A stretch of 58,122 nt of DNA, the filler included, from Jimgerdemannia flammicorona (Eukaryota), in assembly GCA_003990765.1 (NCBI GenBank). It is 3 parts of 3 records of this genome, joined end to end, with 100 filler letters (N's around TTAATTAATTAA, not from the genome) between each part and the next. Parts side by side here need not be neighbours in the genome. Positions count along the whole stretch, not along the records: positions 38,817 to 58,122 come from RBNJ01001974.1; 2 more parts are not named here. The stretch is one strand, 5' to 3'. The notes under the pieces are model-generated. The model saw only the letters and a program-made list of their open reading frames with translations. It was not told the origin of the DNA and did no database searches. Positions within the stretch are counted from its first letter, which is position 1. The number at the start of each line of letters is the position of its first letter. Made by a program: the position numbers and the translations under genes. Below are positions 48,490 to 58,122 of the stretch, in pieces.

Positions 48490-51400
48490 TTAAAGTCTTG
48501 AACTAGATCTTGAGAGTTCTTGAAGTTGACCAGTGGTTCTCAGGTAGTATCATATTCAGAGTAATCCATCCACTTGACTAGGTATTTAGGATAGCAGTAG
48601 CAGATTCATTTGTCAAGGATTTTCTCAGCTTCATACTCAATATAGTCTTTAATAATCACAGGGGCAGAAGGCTTAGGAATTTGACCAGAGTATGATGGTG
48701 ACTGGTTCCAGGCCTTAAGGTGTGACACATAAAAGGCTAGGTATACTCTCATGATTTCAGATAGCTTGAGACAGTAGGAGGATGTAGAGACTTGTTCAGT
48801 AATCTCAAAAGGTCCAATATACTTAGGTTGGAACTTATTCAAATAGTGGTTAACTTGAGATTATATCTTGAGGTTCTTGGTAGACAGTAGGACTTGATCT
48901 CCAACAGTATAAGTAATATCATTATATTTCTTATCAGCATATTCTGAAGATTTATAGTAGCAATCTTGAGTTTGTCCATTTTAACTGTAAGGTTCTTAGC
49001 AGTTAAGACTTATATTTGACTACTTTTCTTGAGAGAGAATAGACTTGCAGGGGTCTCAGGATCTTTACCATAGAGTAACTAGAAAGAGAAAGACCAGTAG
49101 ATGATTGGATGGCATTGTTGAATACAAACTCCATATAAATCAGGTAGTGGTCTCAATTATCTTGCTCATAAGAAATACAGTTTCTAAGCATTTGTTCTAG
49201 AGTTCTGTTCATGCACTCAGTTTGTCCATCAGTTTGTGGTTGAAAGGTGGTAAACATAGCTAATTGGATTCTCAGAGTCTTGAAGAGAGTTTTCCAGAAG
49301 TGACTGGTGAACCTGGGGTCACAATTACTGATAATTACTTGTAGTAGGGCATAGTGATGGAAGATAGACTTGAAGAAGATTCATGCAATCTCAGATACAG
49401 TAGCATTGGTAGTAGTTGGTTCAGCAACCATAGTCTTGGTCAGGCAGTCAACAAATATGATAATAGCATCAGCATCAGATTGAGTTCATGATAGTTGAGT
49501 TATAAAGTCCATGGTAACTTGCTTAAATTTCTTAGTGGAAATTGGCAGTGGTTGTAGCAAACTGGCTAGCGCTTGGTTGGTAGACTTGTTGTGCTGACAT
49601 AGATCACAGCTGGCAATATAGTTCTTGATTTCCTTGACCATGCTTGGCCAATAGTAGCAGCATTGAATGTTCTTGACAGTCTTCTCAATTTCCAGATGAC
49701 TGGCAAGAGGGGAGTCATAGTGTTCTTATAAAACCTTGTAGTATAGATTCATGTTTTCAGGTAGATAGACTTGATCTTGATGATAGATCAGGTTGTTCTT
49801 GACAGTATATATATCCTTGAGCTTGTTCAAGAAAACTCTAGTAGTAACTGTATCTTCTTTATAAGCTTGTATAATTTGGTCTAAGAATTCTGATACTAAT
49901 GATTGTAGTGAGGTCTGGGTATCTTGATAAGGTATCTGGTACTACAAGTATCTTGCCAGGCTTATAGATGATCATTGGGTTGAAGGTTTGAAGCTTGAGG
50001 CTACATATGGCTTATAGACATAACAGGGTAGATAGGGTGTTGATGTACTTGAGAGATTGTTGATCAGTAATGATATCAAACTTAACACCTTCTAGATAGT
50101 ATTGTCAGTAGTATAGTGCATGTATTATTGCCAGTAGTTCCTTCTCATGAGTGGCTAGCTTTTGTTCAGCTGGGGCTAACTTATAGGACTCAAAAGCAAT
50201 AGGATGATGTCCTTTGTCATTATCTTATAACAGGACTGCTCAAATGGCAAAATTCAACACATCAGTAGTGACCATGAGTTTTAGGCCTTGATCTGCATTA
50301 TACAGGCCTGGAGCATGGGTCAGGTGGTTCTTGAGCTCTTGAAAGACTTATTGACAGAAGAGGTCCCAGGTATAGGGTACATAGTAGTCTGAGTGCAGGG
50401 CCTTCCTCATGAGATTATCAGTGGCTCAGTAATACCAGAGAAGTTTCTGACAAAGCAGTGGTAGTAACTGGCTAGACCAAGGAAGGATCAGAGTTCTGTG
50501 AGGTTCAATGGAATGGGCTATTCTTCAATTGCTTCTATCTTGTTTGGGTCTACTTGAATTTCTTGTATAGAGACAATGTGGACAAGGTATTCAACTTGTT
50601 CTTTGAAGAATTCACACTTCTTGAGCTTGGCATAAAGCTTGTGTTTTCACAGGATCTCCAGGACTATTCAAATATATTTGAGATGTTTTTTTTTAGTTGC
50701 ACTAAAGATCAGGATGTCATCAAGATATACCAATAGGAAAATAAATAGTTGGTCCTTGAATATCTCATTCATAAGGGTCTGGAATGTAGCAGATGCATTG
50801 GTGAGACCAAATACTAAGACCAGAAATTTGTAGAGTCTAAAGGAAGTCATGAATGCAGTCTTGGAAATGTCTTCTGGCTTGATTTCGATCTGGTGGTATC
50901 CTGACATGAGGTCTAACTTAGTGAAGTACTTGGCATTCTTGAGAGTATCAAAGATTTGATTAATTAAGGGTAGCAGATAACAGTTCTTAACAGTGAGTTT
51001 ATTGAGTGCATGATAGTCTATATACATTTACAGGGTACCATTCTTCTTCTTGATGAATAAGACTGGTGAGCCATAAGGAGATTTGCTTGACTGGATGGCT
51101 CCTTGTGTAAGTAGTTCTTCTAGTTCCTTCTTAACTACTTCAATTTCAAGTGGCAACATACAGTATATTTTCTTGGGTGATATAGCTCCTGGGGTCAGTT
51201 TGATTTCGTGATCAACCTCTAGTGTAGCCAGTAGACCAGATAGTTTGTCTGGAAAGATATCCTGGAATTCTTCTAGCAGTAACTTGATGCTTTCATTGAC
51301 TGACAGTCTCTTGTCTTGTTTCTTGGGGCAGACCATTATAATAAAGGTATGTATTATCTTCTTAAGTGCTCTCTTGTACTGTATAGCTGACAGTGTTGCA

Positions 51401-53209
51401 ATCTGGGTCTTGCTCATGGTCTTGTCTGTCTTGTTAGTGATATTGGCTCTATCTTGAAGTAGGGTGACTTTATTCTTGCACCAATCAATATCTGGGTTGT
51501 GTTTCATAAGTCAGAGTTTTCCTAAGATCAGATTATGATCTCCTGGTGGTGCAACCTCAAAGTCTACTCATTCCCAATATTTCTGGATCTTGATGGGTAG
51601 TTTGGTGGCAATTGACTTGATGGGGTACAGAGTACTATCTGCAGTAACCATACTATTGTTCTTGGGTGCAGACTTGGTAAGAATCTTGAGGCTTTGATGA
51701 GATTCTGATTGATGAAGTTCTTTACAGCTCTACTGTCTATGAGTACTTAAACTTCTTTTCCTTTGACTAGGTCTTTGAAAATGAGCATAGCTTGAGCTCA
51801 ATTTTCACTAAGACTTGCTGCTTGATCAGTGCTGCCAAAATCTTTTTGATCTTGTTTAGTCTCAGAGAGTTCTTGGACTTCTGTAATCTTGAGTTGACTG
51901 GCTTTTTCTAGAATCATTTACATGACTCAGTCCCCTTCCTTGACTGTGTAGTCTTGATCATTCTGGTTGATAAGTAGAACTTGAACTTGTCCTTGAAAGT
52001 CTGAGTCAATGATACTAGTATCTATATCTAAATGATGTTTAATACTAAGTTCTGATCACAGTGCAATTCTGGTATAATGTCCTTCAGGGCATTAACTGTA
52101 ATTTCAGTAGGCATCAGAGTTCAGCTCTTAGCTATAATAGTGACTTGTTTAACTGAGTGTAGGTCAAGACCAATGGCTCCTTCTGTTTGATATTGCAGGA
52201 CCTATGCCTTCAGATGAAGCTTCTTGACCTTGAGCTTAGGTTGACTGATAGTGGAGTTGATAGATGTATCTTTGGACAACATAGTGACTGATCTTGAGGG
52301 TTCATTAGTCTTCTTAGAACATTTTGTTGCAATGTGTCCTATTTGGTGACAGAAGAAACAGCCTCTGGATTTCTTCAGATAGTACTTTTCTTCAGGGGTA
52401 AGCTGGTGTTCTTTTTGTTTATGGTGTCTAGGTCCATTGATGCTGGGCCAACTATCCTTGGTTAGTTCTTGTAGTAGTTCTTGAAGTGATTCTTCTTGTA
52501 GTATTCTGGTTTGAAGTGGTTACTAAAGGTAATGACATCAAATCTATTGGTAATTCTTATGGCTTCATTAAGATTTTTGGGCTCTTCTAGCTCAACCTTG
52601 ACTCATATGTTTCCCTTTAGGCCTCAGATATAGCAGTCTATCTTTTTATTCTTAGATATTACTGGTAGCTTGAGTAGGATTGATAAGAATTGTACATTAT
52701 AACTTTTCACAGACTTGAGTTGCTTGATGTTTGCTAGCTTGTCTCTGGCTAGTTTCATAATATTAGCAGGCTTAAACTATTTGTGAAGGGCTCTCTTGAA
52801 GGCTTTCCAGTCTCTGATTCATATATGAGTATATAGAGATAATTATGATATAATTGTACCACCAGATAGCTGTATTTTCTCAGAGAAGTATGGTGGCAAA
52901 TTGGACTTATATGTCTTCTTTCATTTTTGTGAGCTTAAACTATTGGTCCAACTGGAAGGTCCATGTATCTGTAGATAGCCCTCCTCAATGGCTGTCAAAG
53001 GTATCTGGATTGAGTGGCTTGAAAGTGACTGATGCTATAGCAGAATATGATATACTTGCAGTTCTTGTTTTCTGCTGTTCTAGTTGTGCTTGAAGTTCTT
53101 GGATTTGGTGGGCCATTGCATTGATCATGTCCTCTATGCCAAGTTGCTGTCCTCCTGCTGCTTCTGTAGCAAAGGGGTCTAGCTGGTAGGCTGATTCTTC
53201 ACAGCTCAT
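48490..53209 (-). pseudogene. Gag-dUTPase-Pol pseudogene of family G
   Basis: PDTFD, YGSPVLFIKKK, LDLMSGYHQI, VYLDDILI and YIGPFEI; many stops and some frameshifts. Confidence 0.93.
51828..52238 (-). pseudogene. dut: dUTPase domain, family G
   Basis: AIGLDLHS, RIAL*SEL (RIAPRSGL), IIDSDFQGQV, GD*V and KDFGST. Confidence 0.85.
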
Positions 53210-55775
53210 TTCAGGTTCATGTGACTATTTGTGTTGGTTTCTGAATTCATGTGATATTTCTTAATAAGGCAAGGTGTAATGACACCACTGCTACCAAGTG
53301 TAATGGTTCCAGTTTCTTTAAGAGGAAGCAGCTAAATCTGGAAGTTCTAGTTGGCTTAAAGTAGCTCAATGAGATACTTAAAGGTTCAAGTATTCTTGAA
53401 GGATTTCTAGGAGAAAATATTCTAAGGATATTTATACATGATCTGAAAGAAAGATCCAGAAGGATCTTGAAAAGAAAGAGAAATGTCAAGAAATAGGTTC
53501 TCAGCAAAGCTGACTAATACTATTCTACAATATTCCAAAAGGTTCCATGACTAGCTAAGATAAGAGACTTAGAACCAAGGAAAGACAAGTATGTTCTAGT
53601 AGTGTCTAGGTGCCAAGAGAAGGTTTCTAAGTAAGTAGAAGGTGGCAGAACATAGTAGAATGTTTAAGAAATAACAAGAAAAGACTAACTAAAAGATGCA
53701 AAAATATACTAAGACTAAATATGACTGTGAAATTGTTATAGTCAAAGTTGGTGAGGAATTTCATCCATCTGGCTTACTTTCAAGAAAGAGTAGCCTGGGT
53801 CTTAATGTTGACTAATGATTTGTAGTCTGTTAAAACAGTAAAGTGTGCTCCTTCAAGATATCATCACTATTTGATCAGAGTATCTACAATGGCTAACATT
53901 TCCTTCTCATGGATTGTGTAGTTGATTTCAGCATCATTGAACTGTAAGAATAATAGGCCACAGGGTGTCCTTCTTTTATAAGCACTGCTCTAAGAGCTAG
54001 ATCAGAGGCATCAGTAGTAACTTTATAAGATAGGACAGAGTTTGCTACTTGAAGTACTGGAGTGGTTATCATGGTATCTTTTAGTACTTAAAAGGCTGTA
54101 TCTTGTTCAGGTCTCTAATTTGTAAGATTTTGAAGTCTTTTGCTTACTTTATAGTCCAGGGCTTTTCTTCTTTCTTACTGTACTTGGTCATCTGAGTAAG
54201 GGTAGTAGTAATCTTAGTGAAGTTGGTAACAAATTGCCAGTAATAGTTTACTAATCCAAGAAACAACTAGAGGTCTTTCAACTTCTTGGATCTGGGCTAT
54301 TTCATGATTGCAGATATTTTGCTAGAGTCTACTTTGATTTTATTGAGAGTAACAATGTGTCCAAGGAATTGAATTTCCTTTAGGAGGAATTCATATTTAC
54401 TAAGTTTCACAAAGAGTTGGTTTTCTCAGAGTTTCAGTAGTACTAGTTCAAGATATTCAAGATATTTCTTCAGGGTTTTGCTGAAGACTAGGATTTCATC
54501 AATATAAATAATAACAAATTTAGGTATGAGTATAGAATTGTATTTATCAGTATCTGGAAGGTTGTAGGAGTATTAGTTAAGTTAAAGGGTATAACCAAGA
54601 ACTTAAAATGTCCATATTAAGTTCAGAAGACTGTCTTGTAGATGTCTTCTTCTTTTATGGCAATTTGCTAGTAACCATTTTACAGGAAAAGAGCTCATGA
54701 ATTGTAGATTAGTAAGCCTATCAAATATTTTATTGATTCAGGATAGTGGGTGGTCTGTTTATTGAGATCACAGTAATCAATACACATTCATAGGTCTCCT
54801 CCTTTCTTGACAACAAAGAGGACTAGTTTACCATATAGTAATATACTAGGTCTAATGAATCCTTATTCTAGAAGTTCATCAATTTCTCTTAGAGACATGT
54901 AGTTGATTGACTTGAAGATAGGCTTGGCATCTGGGATAGTCTTGATGGCATGGTCTACTGCTTATTTAGGTGTTAGGTCTTTTGGAAGTTTCTTTAAGAA
55001 TATATCTCAAAATTTCTAGAGTAAGGATCTGATATAGCTGTTAACTTTGGAAAAGTCTTCTTCAAGATTTTCAGATTCTCCTTTAGATGGTCAGATAGAG
55101 ATAGTGAAGAGGGGGTATTTCTTGGCCAATTTCTTGAGTTATAGCTTATTGATATAGATAATCTTTAGGTCAGAGTCACTAGAACTGAGTGGTCTTTTTT
55201 ACCTTGTAGTTTGAAATTATAGCATTCCTTCTTAATGATCAGAGAATAGTTTACCCAATCAATCATAGAGTTCTCTTATTTTAACCAAGGATGATTTCAT
55301 TATCAAAAATTGGTATAATCTGAAGTATAATATATACTTAGTAGTCACTAATTCAGAAGAGTAGGTTGCTGACTTCCTTGCTAATAACATGGGGGGTTCT
55401 ATTAGCTATAATAATTGCTTGAGTCTATTATACTGGAGAGGTCAGGACCTTGAGTCTGTTGGCTGTTTCTTTATTGATGAAGTTGCCTGAGATACTACTG
55501 TCTATCATAATCTTGACTAGTACTCTATTGACAAAAGCTTGGATTGTAAGCAGTTTGACTGATCCAATGGTAGTGATTTCAGTTATAGGAGCTTTTCTTC
55601 TATTGATTCTCCTTTGGACCAGTTCATTGATACAAGAGAAACAATTGTCAATTATTTGGAAAGAGTACATTCCATTATCATGAGAGCATCAGCTACTTAA
55701 TATATATCTATCTTTGATTTTTTTGTAGAATTGTTCTTTCTTATTTATGATTGGTTGGGCTGGAGCCTTGTTTAA

Positions 55776-56181
55776 TGAACCAAATCCTCTGGAACCTCAG
55801 ATAGTAGGCAGTAGTTCAGAAACTTCCTTAACTATTAAAGTTGATTCAATTTTCTCAAATAGTATCTGGGCAATACAAAAACTGATAGAGATCTTGAATG
55901 GTATCCAGCTATGGTTTCAGATGAGGACAATGATTTCACCTGTGTAATCTTCATCAATAATTCCTCCTTCTACTGCTAGTTCTTTCAATGCTAGGCTACT
56001 ATGGCAGCACATTCTTTCAATATATCTTTTAGGAATTTGAATGCTAATCTCTATATAGACTTACTTGACTTCTCAGTTGGAGACTGTAGCTTCTTCAGCT
56101 ATGTATAGGTCATATCTGGCTGCTTTTTGACTTTCTTTGATTGGGGCTGTAGCAGTAGGCCTTAACTTGACAAAGTTTAAT
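55776..56181 (-). pseudogene. dut: dUTPase domain, family B
   Basis: AARYDLY, HSSLA, GGIIDEDYTGEI and *GSRGFGS. Confidence 0.88.
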
Positions 56182-58122
56182 ATCTTGATAGTCAGATTGT
56201 TGAGATGATATAGAGTAGTAACAGTTGCTTATATTGCTGTTTATAGTTTTCAGTTGGGACAGACACTGGCTATATGTCCTGTCTTTCAGCAATAGAAGCA
56301 TGCTTTGTTTCTTCAGAGTTCATTTCTCTCTCCTTCAGTGAGTTTCTTGAAGTTACTTAGCTGGGTAGGTTCAGGATTTTGGAGTATTTAGGAGAAAGAT
56401 ATAGAGAGAGCTCAGGATGCTTTATGCTTAAGTTCTTCTTTCTTAGTCTAAGTTTTTTTCTTGTTATTGAATTGTCTTTGAGACAGAATTGGTCCAGCTG
56501 TTAGGATTCACTTGACTATAGTCTTGATTCTTACCAGACACCATTGTTGGTGATTACAACTAACTGGAAATCCTTGTTTTTGGATCTTTCTTATAAGTTA
56601 TTCAGATAGTGTATTGAATAAATGATCTACTTTTGTACCATTTCATGCTTCATCATTAGTAATATATCCTAGGCCAATAGTGTTCAGAAGTAACTCAAGT
56701 TTTGTACAAAAGGTTTTGAATTTCTCCTTGCCATATATATCAAATTTGAGATTGGGGAGTTTTACTTGAGATTCAACAATCAGAGTTTTGCTGTGGTATT
56801 GAGCAATCATAAGATGTTTGAGTCCAGGAACTACTAGATGGTCTCCATATTCTGAGGTATTATTTTCTGCATTTTGGGCAATGACTGCAGATCAGATATC
56901 CCATATAAGAGATTTTCCAAAAAGGGTTCACCACTATTCTTCAGCAGGTTCTCAGAAGAATATAATAACTCAATAGACATAAGCTGTAGTGGTAGCAAAG
57001 AGTTGTTCCAGAGTGTGGTCTTGATTGTTTGTCAGAAGGCAGTTAGCAACTCATTCATTGGTCCATTGGTTGGCTTTGAAGTTGATATCAACTATACTAA
57101 TAAAGCTTTGGACTTCCTGTGCAGTACCATTGAAGGTAGGTAGACTTAGACTTTTTGTTGGTTGGGTCTGTTTGGCTAAGGCAGTAGTAGTTGCTACCAT
57201 TAAGGCTACTTAGGCTGTAAGATCCAGAATCTGTTAGTTTGTCATATTGTTTACTAGAGGTAATTAGACAACTAGTTGTAGTATTACTGGTATGACTTGA
57301 GATACTGATGCTGAGTATGATGGTATTCTTTGAGTCTGTATAAGTTACTAGAGTAACTATTGTAGGTCTGGAGTAAGGACTTGATAGATAACTATCTGTT
57401 GCTATATAGGTGTGTTTTGTCCTGATAGAGATATATCTCCTTTGATAGTATATCTAAGATCAAATTTACTGAGATACTCCTCCTTCTCTTCACTTTGGTC
57501 TCTATGTAGTTGGGTTTGTTCAGTGTCAAAGTAGATAGTATCAGTTATATATCACATTTCAGATAAGCTTAATTCAAAAGCTGGTTCTGATTTAATATTA
57601 GTTTCAGTTTTATATAGGGCTATAGCTGAGCCTGCTTCTGATTCAGGATCAAGTTATTGATAAAGGATTTCACTTACTTCTTCTTTAAGAATATAGTGGG
57701 TCTTGCAATTCTGAAAGTGATAGGATAAGGTGGTCTTGGTCCTGATATAGTGAAAGTCAGTAGAGTTGAGCCACTTGGCTACTGAGACTTGGGCTTTATG
57801 AGGAACTAAGGCTGAAAAGACAGCTACAAGTTCTCCTAGATTACTTGGATTTATAGAGCTGACAAAACTCTTATTGAGAAGAGTAAAGAAGACTTCTATA
57901 AGACCTTCTTCATCTTGACTTGTGGGGTATAGAGCAAGGAGTTCAGTATATAGGTTTTCATCTATCTGTTGGTTTAATGAGAGTACTTCTTTTATAGAAG
58001 AAGTCTGTCCCACTTGTTGTAGATATGGAGGTCAAATTGTTCTTATACATCAGGTTCAATTCTCTCCAGATTGTCAGATAGTTTGAAATTAATTCCAGTT
58101 CAGTTTTTTTTTTTTTTTTTTA

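Larger units (their letters stand above)
47715..53740 (-). mobile_element. Complete Ty3/Gypsy chromovirus, family G (with dUTPase, without ORF3)
   Basis: LTRs 47715-48161 and 53299-53740; 5-bp TSD GTTAA/GTCAA; PBS TGGTAGCAGTGG (53285-53296); PPT 48162-48174; Gag, CFFCHQIGHIATKC, dUTPase, PR, RT YLDD, RH, IN and chromodomain. Confidence 0.96.
42513..58102 (-). mobile_element. Ty3/Gypsy chromovirus, family B, host of two nested insertions; 5' LTR not in window
   Basis: Minus strand: N-terminal extension (57654-58013), Gag from 57245 (LPTFNG..FKANQW), knuckle CFYC*KTGH, dUTPase, PR MIDSS, RT/RH (53741-54950, continuing 47390-47714), IN (45837-44800) and chromodomain (~44610-44780). The reading frame is restored across both insertion sites. 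Confidence 0.92.

Overview
This 58 kb eukaryotic window, probably fungal (short GT-AG introns with CTRAC branch points), is a transposon nest with no confidently identifiable host gene. It contains three Ty3/Gypsy chromovirus-type LTR retrotransposons with a dUTPase between Gag and protease: 29939-39302 (+), 47715-53740 (-), and 42513-58102 (-), which hosts two nested insertions. It also holds several solo or partial LTRs, L1/Tx1-like LINE relics, two hAT DNA transposon relics and two 100-bp assembly spacers. Nearly everything is inactivated by directional C>T/G>A mutation, at CpG and, in older copies, at CpA. The main discovery is an accessory gene, about 275 codons in the two best-preserved copies, that I can reconstruct in four divergent Gypsy families (six copies). 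Its core motif is YxIG-x(~25-30)-AK(K/R)-x(7-8)-P-x(~16)-LS, and it follows its own TATA box wherever the upstream region is preserved. It lies either downstream of pol or entirely inside the LTR, including a solo LTR (45838-47386) that is a self-contained gene cassette. Two of the families also share an unrecognised domain N-terminal to Gag and a Cys/His module between dUTPase and protease. All protein reconstructions were done by eye through mutational stops; no database search was possible.
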